A DNA stretch of 64,000 nt from an uncultured Gemmatimonadales bacterium (GCA_963795085.1 CAWCFX010000006.1:64001-128000), one strand, 5' to 3'. Positions 40,485 through 62,005 are shown, numbered from the stretch's first letter. The notes: generated from the sequence alone by a model not told the origin. Numbers and translations: made by a program.

Positions 40485-42134
40485 TTGGCCCGACACCCCC
40501 TCGCCGGCAGACCTGCCCCCACCGACCAGCTCATCGACCCCGCCGCAGTGGAACGAGAGTACCACACCCGGCGCCCCGACCTGGACGATCCCACCCAGCT
40601 GGTCGCCTTTGGCACCAGCGGGCACCGCGGCTCCCCGCTGCGCGGCACCTTCACCGAGGCCCATATCCTGGCCATCACCCAGGCCATCTGTGATTATCGG
40701 GCCAGCCAGGGCATCACCGGAGCGCTGTACCTGGGCAAGGACACCCACGCAGTCTCCCGGCCCGCCGAACGGACCGCGCTCGAGGTCCTGGCCGGAAACG
40801 GGGTCCAGGTTGTCCTCCAGCGCGAGGATGGCTACACCCCGACGCCGGTGATATCCTGGCTGATCCTGGCGGCGAACGAGGCCGGCCGGCCCGGCGGACA
40901 GGCGGACGGAATCATCGTGACGCCGTCCCATAATCCGCCGGAAGACGGCGGGTTCAAGTACAATCCCCCCAATGGGGGACCGGCGGATACCGACATTACC
41001 GGGTGGATGCAGGACCGGGCCAACCAGCTCCTCGCCGAGGATAATCGCAGCGTGCGGCGGGTGCCGTTGCAGCAGGCCAGCTCGGCTCCCACCACCCAGG
41101 AGGAGGACCTGGTCACTCCGTATGTGAAGGCCCTCGCCGGCGCGATCGATTTCGAAAGCATTCGCCGGGCGGGCATCCGGATCGGCGTGGACCCCATGGG
41201 CGGCGCGTCCCTTCCCTACTGGGAGCCGATCGCTTCCGCGTACGGGCTTGAACTGACGGTGGTCAACCGGCAGGTCGATCCTACGTTTGGATTCATGACG
41301 CTGGACCACGACGGAAAGATCCGGATGGACTGCTCCAGCCCTTATGCCATGGCCAGCCTCCTCGGCCTCAAGGATGATTTCGACATCGCCTTCGGCAGCG
41401 ATCCCGACGCCGATCGCCACGGCATCGTGACCGGGTCGGCTGGACTCCTGAACCCCAACCATTATCTCGCGGTGGCCATTCAGTATCTGCTGACCCACCG
41501 CCCGGGCTGGTCCCCGGCCAGCGCGGTCGGCAAGACGCTGGTCTCCAGCGCGCTTATCGACCGGGTGGTGGCGGACCTGGGACGGGAGCTTCTGGAAGTG
41601 CCGGTCGGATTCAAGTGGTTTGCCCCGGGTCTGTTCGATGGTTCCTGCTGCTTCGGCGGCGAGGAGAGCGCCGGCGCCAGTTTTCTCCAGCGGGACGGAT
41701 CGGTCTGGACGACCGACAAGGACGGCCTTCTGCTGGGCCTGCTCGCCGCGGAGATCACGGCGGTGACGGGGAAAGACCCGGGCATGCTGTACCTGGAACT
41801 GGCCGACCGGCTCGGCGCCCCGGTCTATGCCCGTATTGACACGCCCTGCCGGCCGGAGGAGAAGGAAGGGTTCAAGCGATTGACCCCGGAGGCCGTCACC
41901 GCCGCCACACTGGCCGGCGACCCCATCCTGGCCAGGCTCACCCGCGCACCCGGCAACGGTGAACCGATCGGCGGGCTCAAGGTGACCACCGCGAACGGCT
42001 GGTTCGCGGCCCGGCCCTCGGGGACCGAGAACGTCTACAAGGTGTACGCCGAGAGCTTCCGGGATGAGGCCCACCTGGCCTGGGTGCTGCGAGACGCCCA
42101 GGCGATCGTCTCCCGGGCACTGGGGGCCGGGTGA
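40485..42134 (+). CDS. pgm: Phosphoglucomutase (alpha-D-glucose-1,6-bisphosphate-dependent)
   Basis: [33 protein letters not shown]. Confidence 0.96.
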   Translation: MARHPLAGRPAPTDQLIDPAAVEREYHTRRPDLDDPTQLVAFGTSGHRGSPLRGTFTEAHILAITQAICDYRASQGITGALYLGKDTHAVSRPAERTALEVLAGNGVQVVLQREDGYTPTPVISWLILAANEAGRPGGQADGIIVTPSHNPPEDGGFKYNPPNGGPADTDITGWMQDRANQLLAEDNRSVRRVPLQQASSAPTTQEEDLVTPYVKALAGAIDFESIRRAGIRIGVDPMGGASLPYWEPIASAYGLELTVVNRQVDPTFGFMTLDHDGKIRMDCSSPYAMASLLGLKDDFDIAFGSDPDADRHGIVTGSAGLLNPNHYLAVAIQYLLTHRPGWSPASAVGKTLVSSALIDRVVADLGRELLEVPVGFKWFAPGLFDGSCCFGGEESAGASFLQRDGSVWTTDKDGLLLGLLAAEITAVTGKDPGMLYLELADRLGAPVYARIDTPCRPEEKEGFKRLTPEAVTAATLAGDPILARLTRAPGNGEPIGGLKVTTANGWFAARPSGTENVYKVYAESFRDEAHLAWVLRDAQAIVSRALGAG

Positions 42135-42213
42135 GCGCCTCGGCTATGGCCGGGCGCCCCGGGGTGGTAGTATCCAACCAGCGGCGCCTTCCCCCTCCCA
42201 TCCGGATGACCTC

Positions 42214-43095
42214 ATGATCTGGGCCCAGTTTTCCATCAACCCGGAGCAATTGCAGACAGCGGCACTGGCCGCGGTCCCGCGAATCGTGGCCGCCGTCCTG
42301 GTCTTTCTGCTGTTCTGGCTGGTCCTCCGGCTCACCCAGCCGGCAGTCCGGGCTGCGCTCCAGCGGGCCCGGTTTGTCGATGCCCTGATCAAGCTCATGG
42401 TCGACGGCGTGTACCGGGGGACCCTGCTCACGCTGGGCCTGGTGATGGCCGTGAGCCAGCTCGGCGTCAACGTGAGCGCGGTGCTCGCGGGGATCGGCGT
42501 GGTCGGCATCGCGGTGGGCTTCGCCGCCCAGGAGACGGTCGCCAACATGATCGCCGGGTTCCTGATCTTCTGGGACCGCCCTTTCGTGATCGGGGATTTC
42601 ATCACCACCCAGGATCTCTACGGCGAAGTCCGCGAGATCACGCTCCGCACCACCCGGATCCGGACCAACGAGAATACCTACGTCGTCATTCCCAACAAGC
42701 AGGTCATCGGCGACACGCTGGTCAATCATTCCATGTATGGCGAGACCCGGGTCAACGTGCCCATCGGCATCGCCTACAAGGAGCGGATCGCCGAGGCCCG
42801 CGAGGTCATCCTCGCGGCGATCCGGAATGTGGACGGCGTGATGCCGCAGCCGGAACCGGACGTCGTGGCCCTCTCGATGGGCGATTCCAGCGTGAACCTG
42901 ATGGTCCGGGTCTGGATTGATGAGGCCAGGGACGAGCGTCCCGTCTTCCACCGGGTCATGGAGGCGAGCAAGGTGGCCCTCGACGCCGCGGGCATCGAGA
43001 TTCCCTATCCCCATCTCCAGCTCTTCATCGAGAGCATCCGGGACGAGGTCTGGTCCGGGGCGGCCGGTGCGCTCGGCCGGGGGAGGAGCGGATGA
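42214..43095 (+). CDS. Small-conductance mechanosensitive channel MscS family
   Basis: AVGFAAQ, RPFVIGD, IPN, IEIPYPH; start approximate. Confidence 0.92.
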   Translation: MIWAQFSINPEQLQTAALAAVPRIVAAVLVFLLFWLVLRLTQPAVRAALQRARFVDALIKLMVDGVYRGTLLTLGLVMAVSQLGVNVSAVLAGIGVVGIAVGFAAQETVANMIAGFLIFWDRPFVIGDFITTQDLYGEVREITLRTTRIRTNENTYVVIPNKQVIGDTLVNHSMYGETRVNVPIGIAYKERIAEAREVILAAIRNVDGVMPQPEPDVVALSMGDSSVNLMVRVWIDEARDERPVFHRVMEASKVALDAAGIEIPYPHLQLFIESIRDEVWSGAAGALGRGRSG

Positions 43096-44246
43096 AGCGC
43101 CATCTGGAGATGCTGAGCGAGCCGGTATTCGCGACGGCAGCGCGCCTCTTCATGTTCCGCAAGCGCCATCCCCCCGTCGGCTCCATGCCGGGGACGCTGG
43201 TGACCGAGCCGGGCGGAGCCAAGCCGGTCATCCGGATCATGTCCTATACGACCGAGGGGGTAAAAGAGGAAGAAGGAGTGACTGACCTCGAGGCGCTACG
43301 GCAGTATGTCGGGTCGGCCGGGGTCACCTGGGTGGACGTCCAGGGGCTGGGCGACGAGCAGGTACTCCGCACCATCGCCGGGATCTTCGAGATCCATCCC
43401 CTTGCCCTGGAAGACGCCGTCAACGTACCCCAGCGCCCCAAGTCGGAAAGCTACGAGGACCAGCACCTGTTCATCGCCCGGATGACCCGGGTGGCCGAAA
43501 AGAACCGGATCGACGCGGAGCAGGTCAGTTTCTTCATCGGGGCGCACTACATCCTGACATTCCAGGAACTGTACGGAGACGTCTTCGACCCGGTGCGCAA
43601 GCGGATCAGGGCCGGCAAGGGACCGATCCGGCGCATGGGACCCGACTACCTGGCGTATGCGCTGATTGATACCGTGATCGACGCGTATTATCCCCTGATC
43701 GAGACCATCGGGGACCAGCTCTACGAGCTGGAAGAGGCGATTCTCACCCGGCCCACCGAGAAGGGGCTGCACCGGATCCACGCGATGCGGCGGGAGTTGC
43801 TGGGCATCCGGCGGGCCGTGTGGCCACAACGGGAGGCCGTCAACGCCCTGATCCGGGAGGAGAGCCCGCTCATCACCGAACCGGTCAGGGTCTATCTCCG
43901 GGACTGCCTGGACCACGCGACCCAGATCGCCGACCTCCTGGAGAACTACCGGGAGATCACCAACAGCCTGATGGACATCTACCTGTCCAGCATGGGCCAG
44001 CGTACCAACGAGGTCATGAAGGTGCTCACCATCATGGCCAGCATTTTCATTCCGCTCACTTTCGTCGCCGGCGTGTACGGCATGAACTTCCAGTACCTGC
44101 CCGGCCTGGCCTGGCACGAGGCCTGGGCGGTGCTCCTGGGGGGCATGGGCGTCGTGGTCATCGGCATGCTCTGGTATTTCCGCCGCCGGGGCTGGATTGG
44201 CAACCAGGATGATGACGAGAAGCCTGAGCACGGGGAGGCGGCGTGA
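43092..44246 (+). CDS. corA: Magnesium/cobalt transporter CorA
   Basis: HPLALED, QRPK, NEVMKVLT, YGMNF. Confidence 0.95.
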   Translation: MKRHLEMLSEPVFATAARLFMFRKRHPPVGSMPGTLVTEPGGAKPVIRIMSYTTEGVKEEEGVTDLEALRQYVGSAGVTWVDVQGLGDEQVLRTIAGIFEIHPLALEDAVNVPQRPKSESYEDQHLFIARMTRVAEKNRIDAEQVSFFIGAHYILTFQELYGDVFDPVRKRIRAGKGPIRRMGPDYLAYALIDTVIDAYYPLIETIGDQLYELEEAILTRPTEKGLHRIHAMRRELLGIRRAVWPQREAVNALIREESPLITEPVRVYLRDCLDHATQIADLLENYREITNSLMDIYLSSMGQRTNEVMKVLTIMASIFIPLTFVAGVYGMNFQYLPGLAWHEAWAVLLGGMGVVVIGMLWYFRRRGWIGNQDDDEKPEHGEAA

Positions 44247-44277
44247 CCCAGAATGCCCAACGACCGGGAGAACCGGG

Positions 44278-44763
44278 ATGAAAATCGGTTACCTGCTGGC
44301 TGGTTTATTCGCCACCGGCTCCCTTACCGGGAGCGCGGGCCGGGACACGAACTCCGGGCTGGAGCAGGCCCGGTGGCTCGCCGGGTGTTGGGAGTTGACC
44401 CGGGGCGCCCGCACCGGATTCGAGATGTGGATGCCGCCGGCCGGAGGCCTCATGATGGGGGCGAGCCGGACCCTGTCGGCGGGCCGGGTGGTGGAATGGG
44501 AACGGCTGGAACTGCGGGAACGGGACGGGCGGCTGGTCTATACTTCTCTCCCCTCGGGTCAGGCCGAAGCCTCCTTCACGTCCGTCGAGGTGAGCGACAG
44601 CGGGTTCACGGTCGAAAACCTGGCGCACGATTTTCCCCAGCGCATCAACTACCGGCGCCGGGGTCCGGACTCACTGGTCGCCCGAATCGAGGGGCCGGGG
44701 CCGAACGGGCGGCGGCGGATAGAGTTCCCCATGCGGCGAGCCACCTGCGAGGTGTCCGAGTAG
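44278..44763 (+). CDS. Exported hypothetical protein (DUF6265-like)
   Basis: Signal peptide, WLAGCW, ENLAHDFPQRINY. Confidence 0.75.
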   Translation: MKIGYLLAGLFATGSLTGSAGRDTNSGLEQARWLAGCWELTRGARTGFEMWMPPAGGLMMGASRTLSAGRVVEWERLELRERDGRLVYTSLPSGQAEASFTSVEVSDSGFTVENLAHDFPQRINYRRRGPDSLVARIEGPGPNGRRRIEFPMRRATCEVSE

Positions 44764-47614
44764 GTCTTCCACCCGCCGCACCAGGTCATCCATCGTGAAG
44801 GGCTTCTGCAGGAAGGGCGCGCGTTCGGGCATCAGCCCCCGGCGGGCCACCTCGTCTCCGGCGTATCCCGATGTATAGAGTACCGGCAGATCGGCGTGGA
44901 GCCGGCCCAGCGCCTGGCCCAGTTCCCGCCCGTTCATTTCCGGCATGATCACGTCGCTGATGACCAGGTCCGGCTTCCGGACCCCATCGGCAAGGATCTC
45001 CATGGCCCGGCGGCCATGCTCGGCCTCGATCACATGGTAACCGGATCCTTCCAGCGCCCGCCGGGCCAGCACCCGAATGGCCGCATCGTCCTCGACGACC
45101 AGCACGGTCCGGAGGGCGGCGCCCGTCCGGACCCCGGGAACGCCGACCGGGCCCCCGTCGTCCCGCGCCTCGGCCGGCACCGTCACCACAGCCGGGGAGG
45201 CTGGCAGGTAGATCCGGATAGAGGTGCCCACCCCAGGCTCGCTATAGGCCCAGACGAATCCCTGGTGCTGCTTCACGATGCCATAGACCGTGGACATGCC
45301 CAGTCCGGTTCCCTGCCCGACCGGCTTGGTGGTAAAGAATGGCTCGAAGACCTGGGCCAGGGTCGCCCGGTCCATGCCGACGCCGGTATCGGACAGCCGT
45401 GAGCAGCACGAAGGGCCCGGGCCGGAGATAGATACCGCCGTGCGCCTCGGCATACCCGCGGTCCAGATCCACGTCGTCAATGGAAATAGTGAGGGTGCCG
45501 CCTGCCGGCATCGCATCGCGCGCGTTGGCGGTCAGGTTGATCAGGACCTGTTCCAGCTGGGTGGGGTCGGCATGGACCGGCCGGATGGTACGCCGGGGGA
45601 CGAGATTGAGAACATTGTCGGCTCCCAGCAACTGGGCGAGCACCGGCTGCAACTCGCTGACGACGTCGAACAGGTCCACGTCACGCGGGCGGGTGACCTG
45701 ACGGCGGCTGAAGGCCAGCAACTGCTGGGTGATCGACGCGGTCCGTTCCGCCGCTTTCACCATGTGCTGCACATCGTCGAACTGGGGATGTTCCAGCCCG
45801 AGCCCCCGGAGCACGAATGCCCCGAAGCCCAGCACCGCCGTCATCTGGTTGTTGACCTCATGCGCGACGCCACCGGCCAGTGTTCCCACGGCCTGCAGCT
45901 GCCGGGCCTGGCGCAACTGGTGCTCGGTCCGGATCCGGGCCCGGAGGTCCCGGCCCACGGTGGCAAGGCAGAGCGGCGTGTCGGTGGCCGGGTCCCGCAC
46001 CAGGAAGATGGTCTGGTCCATGGGGATGGGCGCATCGGTCACTCGGTGGCGGAACCGGAGTTCCCCCCGCCACAGTCCGTCCCGGAGCACGGTGGGCAGG
46101 GCCTCGTCGCGGACGATCGGCCAGCTCTCGGACGTGAGGTAGTCGGGAATCGTCGTCCGCTCGACCGCGTCTGCATCCGGCAGGCCCACCAGCTCGCGGC
46201 CGGCGGCATTCACGTAAATGGCCTTGCCTTCCAGGGTGGCCATGCCGATGTAATCCGCGCTGTTCTCCACCAGGGAGACAAACTGCTGGCGGACCGCTTC
46301 CGCCCGCCAGCGGTCCAGTCCCAGGGCAATCGAATGGACAACCGACCGCATCGCCTCCAGGGTAGGCTCGCTCAGCGAATGCTTCGCGAACAGGGCCATG
46401 ACCCCGTTGAGCCGGTCGCCCACCATCAGCGGGAAACCGGCGAAGGCCACCATCCCTTCCCGGCGGGCCCACTCCGGGTCCCTGATGTTGGGATCGTTGG
46501 GGACATCGTTGCTCACGAGCGGGGTACGCGACTCGGCAATCCGTCCGATCTTGAACCGGCCGACCGGGACGATCGCGTGAGCGCCATCCAGGCTGGTGTA
46601 GAGGCCGGCGCTGGCCTGGAGTTCCAGCATGCCGGTGGCCGTGTTGAGCGTCCAGATCCGCGCGAACGCGGCGTCCAGATGCTCCACCACGGCCCGGCAG
46701 CAGCGGTCCAGCATGGCGGCCAGGGTGGGGCTCCCGGTAAGCGCAATGCCGACCTGGGCCGTGAAGGCGGCGAGATTGGCGCGCTCCCGCAGCGATTCTT
46801 CCCGCTCCACGCGCTCCGTCACATCCACGCAGGCGCCGGTCATGTATCGGGGCACACCCGCCGCGTCCACGAAGGTCTTGCCCTTGTTATCGAGCCAGCG
46901 GACAGCACCGTCCGGCAGCATGACCCGGTATTCCTGGTCGAAGTCCGCCCCGGTCTCGACGCACTGCCGGAGTGCGGCGGCCACCCGGGGCCGGTCATCG
47001 AGGTGTACCAGGGTAAGAAAATGCTCGATGGTCGCGACGCTGGCCTGGGGCTCGACTCCGAATAGCCGGCACAGGCTCTCGTCCCACTCCACGCCCCCGG
47101 TGGCGATATTCCACCGGGACGTCCCCGTCCCGGATGCAAACAGCGCCGCCTCCAGCCGCTCTTGCCGCTCCCGGAGAACAAGCGCCGCCGCCCGCTGCTC
47201 GTCCACGTCCGTATTGGTCCCGAACCAGCGGAGGATCCGACCCGAGGCATCCTTGATGGGCAGGACCCGGGTGAGGAACCAGCGAAGGTTCCCGTCCGAC
47301 CCGCGGAGCGGGAACTCCAGGTCGAAGGGCTCGCCGGTCTCCAGCGAGCGGCGCCAGACTTCAAGGACGCGCGGCAACTCCTTCGGATCGTGGACCGCCT
47401 GCCACCCCCAGCCCTCCATGGCCTCCGGAGTGGTGCCGGTGTATTCATACCATCGCTGGTTGTACCAGAAAATGTGGCCGTCCGGATGCGCCATCCAGGT
47501 GAGCTGGGGAATGGACTCGGCCAGGGTGCGAAATTCCCGCTCCCGCTGCAGCAACTGGCCGCTCGCAGGTTCTCCATCGGGAGCGGCCTGGCCATCAGGG
47601 GTTTCCTGAGTCAT
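44671..47614 (-). pseudogene. Hybrid sensor kinase PAS-PAS-GAF-PAS-HisKA-HATPase-REC, frameshifted at ~45396
   Basis: AHEVNNQ and NLTANARDAM in ORF 45242..47971; SDTGVG, FFTTK, GTGLG and REC in ORF 44671..45516. Confidence 0.85.
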
Positions 47615-47646
47615 GTTTCGCGCTTCCACCGGGCTTTCGGCTCTGA

Positions 47647-47847
47647 TCACGCGGGCGTGGGGCGGACCAGGCGGCGGTAAGCCCACCATGCCACGGCGAG
47701 CGCCACCACCGTCACCAGGGCCTTGAGGACCAGCACCGCGAACCCCAGCGCCAAACCGAGAACCGGCAGCAGGAGCACGGCGAGGATTTTCCATGCGAGG
47801 ACAGCCACGACCGTGGTCGCGGCCACTCCCATGACGGGCTTGATCAT
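47647..47847 (-). CDS. Small hydrophobic membrane protein, 66 aa
   Basis: GGAGG RBS, ATG, continuous hydrophobic sequence. Confidence 0.7.
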   Translation of the reverse strand: MIKPVMGVAATTVVAVLAWKILAVLLLPVLGLALGFAVLVLKALVTVVALAVAWWAYRRLVRPTPA

Positions 47848-47969
47848 CCGGCCCTCCGGAAAGGGGTTTCAAGTATAAGGTGAGGAATCCGGCCGGGCAA
47901 AGGAGAGGGCGGGCCTGGCGGACCAGGTCGGCGGTTACCCTGACCTGCCGGGAAGATCGAGGGGAATAC

Positions 47970-47998
47970 AAAAGGGCGCAGCACTCGCTGCGCCCTTT
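47970..47998 (-). terminator. Intrinsic terminator after rpoC
   Basis: AAAGGGCGCAGC-GAGT-GCTGCGCCCTTTT. Confidence 0.85.
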
Positions 47999-48041
47999 CG
48001 TGGATGGCTTCCCGGGCCCCTGGGCGGGGCCGCTTGCGCGG

Positions 48042-52556
<4,515 letters not shown>

Positions 52557-52583
52557 TTATAGGTTCCCTCTGGTAATTGCTAC

Positions 52584-52611
52584 GCTGCACTCTGCACGCT
52601 GCACTCTGCAC
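52584..52611. repeat. Heptamer tandem repeat ([G/T]CTGCAC)x4
   Basis: Reverse complement of the 6813 and 22715 unit; rpoB-rpoC spacer. Confidence 0.9.
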
Positions 52612-52617
52612 TCTATA

Positions 52618-57090
<4,473 letters not shown>

Positions 57091-57114
57091 CTTCACTCTC
57101 ATGCAACACAAATG

Positions 57115-57160
57115 GCCCCGTCGCGTGCCTCCCGCCCAATGCGGGAGGACCTCGCGGGGC
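57115..57160 (-). promoter_or_regulatory. Long hairpin in rplL-rpoB spacer (possible attenuator)
   Basis: GCCCCG/CGGGGC enclosing CCTCCCGC/GCGGGAGG, followed by ATTTGTGTT. Confidence 0.45.
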
Positions 57161-57265
57161 TGCTGGTACGACGGATTAGGAAGTGCTTCTCAATGTCATG
57201 TCGTCTCACCGAAGCAGGGGAGCCTGAAGCCCGGGCGGCTGAACGCCATCCCGGGTCGGCTTCGC

Positions 57266-57658
57266 CTACTTCAGCTCGACGGACGCGCCCTGCTCTTCCA
57301 GCTTCTTCTTGATTTCCTCGGCCTCGGCCTTGGCGATGCCTTCCTTGATGTTGCTGGGCGGGGCGTCCACCAGGTCCTTGGCCTCCTTGAGGCCCAGGCT
57401 GGTCACTTCGCGGACCACCTTGATGACCTGGATCTTCTTCGCGCCGGCCTCTTTGAGCACCACCGTGAACTCGGTCTTCTCTTCGGCCGGCGCCGCCGCG
57501 GCACCGCCGCCGGCGCCCGCGGCCGGAGCCGCCGCCACTGGAGCCGCGATGGTCACGTTGAACTTGGTCTTGAACGACTCGATGAGATCCGCGAGTTCGA
57601 TCACGGTCTTGTTGCCGATGGCGTCGAGGATCTCGTCGTTGCTGAGCGTCGTGGGCAT
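57266..57658 (-). CDS. rplL: 50S ribosomal protein L7/L12
   Basis: Ala/Gly hinge, [16 protein letters not shown]. Confidence 0.98.
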   Translation of the reverse strand: MPTTLSNDEILDAIGNKTVIELADLIESFKTKFNVTIAAPVAAAPAAGAGGGAAAAPAEEKTEFTVVLKEAGAKKIQVIKVVREVTSLGLKEAKDLVDAPPSNIKEGIAKAEAEEIKKKLEEQGASVELK

Positions 57659-57678
57659 TTCAGTGTCTCCCAATGTGA

Positions 57679-58203
57679 TTAAGAACCAGCGCTGCGCTGG
57701 GTACGGAGCGCTTCGAGAGCGCCAACCATCTGCATGAGCAAACCATTCATTACACCCGCGAGCTGGGCCATGGGGGCCTGCAGCGTCCCCGCCAGCTGGC
57801 TCAGCAGGACTTCACGGGACGGGAGGCTGGCCAGTTGCCGGACCTGGTCCGGCGTCACCGCCTTGCCGTCCACCAGCCCGATCCTGATGGCCGGCTTCTC
57901 GAACTCGCGGGCAAAATCGGTCAGCACTTTCGCCGCGGCGACCGGGTCGGACCCGCCCAGCACCAGCCCGGTGGGGCCGGCCAGGTGATCGTCCAGCTCG
58001 GTGATCTGGTTCGCCGCCAGCGCCCGCTGCGCCAGCGAATTCTTGACCACCACGTAGCCCACCCCGGCCGACCGGAGCCGGCGGCGCAGCTCGGTCATCC
58101 GGAGCACGTTGAGCCCCGTGAAATCGGTCACGTACAGGGTCGGCGAGGCCTTGAACTGCTGGGCCAGGCTCTCCACGGTTTCCTGCCGTTGGGTCTTGCT
58201 CAT
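57679..58203 (-). CDS. rplJ: 50S ribosomal protein L10
   Basis: [20 protein letters not shown]. Confidence 0.97.
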   Translation of the reverse strand: MSKTQRQETVESLAQQFKASPTLYVTDFTGLNVLRMTELRRRLRSAGVGYVVVKNSLAQRALAANQITELDDHLAGPTGLVLGGSDPVAAAKVLTDFAREFEKPAIRIGLVDGKAVTPDQVRQLASLPSREVLLSQLAGTLQAPMAQLAGVMNGLLMQMVGALEALRTQRSAGS

Positions 58204-58889
58204 CGATACACCGCCGTGTCGAGCGGAACGCCGGGGCCCATGGTGCTGGAAACCGTGGCGGACCGGATGTAGATCCCCTTCGCCGCGGCCGGCTTGGCCC
58301 GAACGATGGTGTCCATGAATGCGCTGAGATTCTCCGCCAGCTGGTCGGCGCTGAACTTGACCTTGCCGATCGGCGCGTGAACGTTCCCGGTCTTGTCCAC
58401 CCGGAACTCGATCTTGCCGGCCTTGATCTCCTTGACCGCCTTGGTGACGTCCATGGTGACGGTGCCGGCCTTGGGATTCGGCATCAGGCCCCGGGGCCCG
58501 AGCACCTTGCCCAGCTGGCCGAACTGGCCCATCACGTCCGGCGTGGCCACGATGACATCGGCCTCCAGCCAGCCATCCTTCAGCTTCTGGATGTACTCAA
58601 CCCCGACGAAATCGGCGCCCGCGGCCTCGGCTTCCTTGACCCGCTCGCCCTGGGCAATCACCAGCACCCGGACCGACTTCCCGGTTCCATGGGGCAGCAC
58701 CACCGTGCCCCGGACCACCTGGTCGGCGTGCCGGGGATCCACGCCCAGCCGCACGGCGATATCCACCGTCTCGTTGAACTTGGCGAAGGACGCCGACTTC
58801 ACGGTTTCCACCGCGTCCTTGATGGAATAGGCCTTGGACCGGTCCACCTTGGCGACGGCGGCCGCGAATTTCTTTCCCTGGCTCGGCAT
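58200..58889 (-). CDS. rplA: 50S ribosomal protein L1
   Basis: [24 protein letters not shown]. Confidence 0.98.
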   Translation of the reverse strand: MPSQGKKFAAAVAKVDRSKAYSIKDAVETVKSASFAKFNETVDIAVRLGVDPRHADQVVRGTVVLPHGTGKSVRVLVIAQGERVKEAEAAGADFVGVEYIQKLKDGWLEADVIVATPDVMGQFGQLGKVLGPRGLMPNPKAGTVTMDVTKAVKEIKAGKIEFRVDKTGNVHAPIGKVKFSADQLAENLSAFMDTIVRAKPAAAKGIYIRSATVSSTMGPGVPLDTAVYR

Positions 58890-59314
58890 CAGTCAGCCAC
58901 CTCCAGGCCCATCGACCGGGCGGTCCCGGCGATCATTTTCATCGCCGAGTCGAGGTCCGACGCATTCAGGTCGGCCATCTTGATCTCGGCGATCTTCCGG
59001 AGCTGGGCCCGGGTCACCTTGCCCACCTTGTTCCGGTTGGGCTGCGCGCTGCCCTTGTCGAGCCCGGCTTCCTTGAGCAGGAGGTTCGGCGCGGGCGGCG
59101 TCTTGGTAATGAAGGTGAAGGTCCGGTCCCCGAAAATGGTCACCACCACGGGGATGACCATCCCCGCCTGGGTCTGGGTCCGGGCGTTGAACTGCTTGCA
59201 GAACTCCATGATGTTGACGCCGTGCGGACCCAGCGCCGTACCCACGGGCGGTGCCGGGTTCGCCGCGCCAGCCGGGCACTGCAGCTTGACGACAGCGGTG
59301 ATCTTCTTGGCCAT
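58889..59314 (-). CDS. rplK: 50S ribosomal protein L11
   Basis: [26 protein letters not shown]. Confidence 0.98.
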   Translation of the reverse strand: MAKKITAVVKLQCPAGAANPAPPVGTALGPHGVNIMEFCKQFNARTQTQAGMVIPVVVTIFGDRTFTFITKTPPAPNLLLKEAGLDKGSAQPNRNKVGKVTRAQLRKIAEIKMADLNASDLDSAMKMIAGTARSMGLEVAD

Positions 59315-59382
59315 CTAACTCTCCCTCATAGCGCCCTCGCGGGCTCCCACCTGAAGACCGGGTGGTTGCGGTTCCCTTGTCC

Positions 59383-59470
59383 TGCCCTCTCCGTAAAAGG
59401 GAGAGGAAAACGTTCCGTAGAACTCACCCATCGCTCCCGCTCCGTGAACGGAGAGGCAACAGGGCGAGGC
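59383..59470. repeat. Two degenerate REP-like CCTCTCC..GGAGAGG hairpins
   Basis: CCTCTCCGTAAAAGGGAGAGG and CTCACCC..CCGCTCCGTGAACGGAGAGG..GGGCGAGG after nusG stop. Confidence 0.55.
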
Positions 59471-59472
59471 CT

Positions 59473-60015
59473 TTAATGTCCCCGGAGCTGCAGGTAATCC
59501 AGTTCCACGACCGTGGGCCGCCCGAACAGGCTGACGCTGACCCGGACCTTGCCCTTGTCGCCGAGAATCTCCTCGACGGTGCCGCTGAAGTCGGAGAACG
59601 GCCCCTCGGTGATCTCCACCACCTGGCCTACCAGGAACGGGATCTCCTCCTTGGGCTCCGACTCGGCCACTTCCTCGACCACGCCCAGCAGCCGGTTGAC
59701 CTCGTCCTGCCGCAGCGGCTGGGGAAACCGGCCCGATCCGACGAACTTGATCACTCCCTGGATGCTGTTGATCACGTGGAGCGCCTCCTGGCCCATGCCC
59801 ATCTCCACCAGGACATAGCCGGGGTACAGCTTCCGCTCGACGTTGACCTTCTTGCCGTTCTTGATCTCGACCACGTCCTGCACCGGCACCAGGGCCTGGC
59901 GGATGAGCTTGTCGCCCTCCGGCCGGGGGTCCTCCCCGATCCGCTGGGCGATCAGGTTACGAACCTTGTTCTCATGCCCGGCCGTGGTCTGGATGGCGTA
60001 CCAGCGATATTCCAT
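59473..60015 (-). CDS. nusG: Transcription termination/antitermination factor NusG
   Basis: WYAI, YPGYVLV, GPFSDFSG, FGRPT. Confidence 0.97.
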   Translation of the reverse strand: MEYRWYAIQTTAGHENKVRNLIAQRIGEDPRPEGDKLIRQALVPVQDVVEIKNGKKVNVERKLYPGYVLVEMGMGQEALHVINSIQGVIKFVGSGRFPQPLRQDEVNRLLGVVEEVAESEPKEEIPFLVGQVVEITEGPFSDFSGTVEEILGDKGKVRVSVSLFGRPTVVELDYLQLRGH

Positions 60016-60020
60016 ACCGG

Positions 60021-60287
60021 CTAACGGGCCAGCAGGGCCACGCCGTCCACCAGCACCTTCTGCAGCACCAGGTCCAGCAGGCCGATCATGATGCCCAGCA
60101 CCACCGAGAAGATCAGGATCATCCGGGTCGCCTTGACCAGCTCGTCCCGCGTGGGCCAGGTGACTTTCTTCATCTCGGCCTGGGCCTCGGCCACGAACGT
60201 CACGGAGCGGGCGAAGAAGTTCTTCTCGCCACCCTCCCCGCCCTTCGGTTTGCCCGGCTCGGAGCGCTCGATGACGTCCGCGCTCAC
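60021..60287 (-). CDS. secE: Preprotein translocase SecE
   Basis: [12 protein letters not shown] plus one TM. Confidence 0.95.
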   Translation of the reverse strand: MSADVIERSEPGKPKGGEGGEKNFFARSVTFVAEAQAEMKKVTWPTRDELVKATRMILIFSVVLGIMIGLLDLVLQKVLVDGVALLAR

Positions 60288-60436
60288 TTCGATTCCTTGT
60301 GCAGGTTGTGCTTATTGCAGCGGGGGCAGTACTTCTTCCACTCCACCCGCTCCGGGTGCTTCCGGCGGTTCTTGTCCTGGAAATAGTTCCGCTCTTTGCA
60401 GTCGGTGCATTCCAGGATGATCTTTTCGCGTGGCAT
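60284..60436 (-). CDS. rpmG: 50S ribosomal protein L33, Zn-binding type (absent from ORF track)
   Basis: Translated by hand: [50 protein letters not shown]. Confidence 0.96.
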   Translation of the reverse strand: MPREKIILECTDCKERNYFQDKNRRKHPERVEWKKYCPRCNKHNLHKESK

Positions 60437-60458
60437 CGGTCAGCCTATCACAGTTGCG

Positions 60459-60515
60459 AGTACTGAGTACTGAGTGCTGAGGGGTTCCTCAGTCCTCCGT
60501 ACTCTTCGCTCAGTA
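60459..60515. repeat. Inverted heptamer arrays, shorter copy of 34574-34655
   Basis: Read directly in tuf-rpmG spacer. Confidence 0.88.
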
Positions 60516-61718
<1,203 letters not shown>

Positions 61719-61843
61719 TCTGCAAACTCCGTGGTGCTGGGTTCCGTGTTCTGGTGAGCGGCCAGTGGGTCTCGAAGATCGCCCCGCGCTGACTGCCGCA
61801 ACTACGCCTGGTTTACTCTCCCGCTCCCTGCGTACCGTTGTCA

Positions 61844-61916
61844 AGCTCGCGCGCGGGATCGAACCGCGGACCTCATCCTTACCAAGGATGTGCTCTACCA
61901 ACTGAGCTACGCGAGC
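61844..61916 (-). tRNA. tRNA-Thr(GGT), CCA not encoded
   Basis: GCTCGCG acceptor stem, CATCC-TTGGTAA-GGATG, GGTTCGATC. Confidence 0.96.
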
Positions 61917-61932
61917 GGTCGCTTGTACCTCA

Positions 61933-62005
61933 AGCGGGCGACGGGGCTCGAACCCGCGACCCTCAGCTTGGAAGGCTGATGCTCTACCAACTGAGCTACA
62001 CCCGC
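61933..62005 (-). tRNA. tRNA-Gly(TCC), CCA not encoded
   Basis: GCGGGTG acceptor stem, TCAGC-CTTCCAA-GCTGA, GGTTCGAG. Confidence 0.96.
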
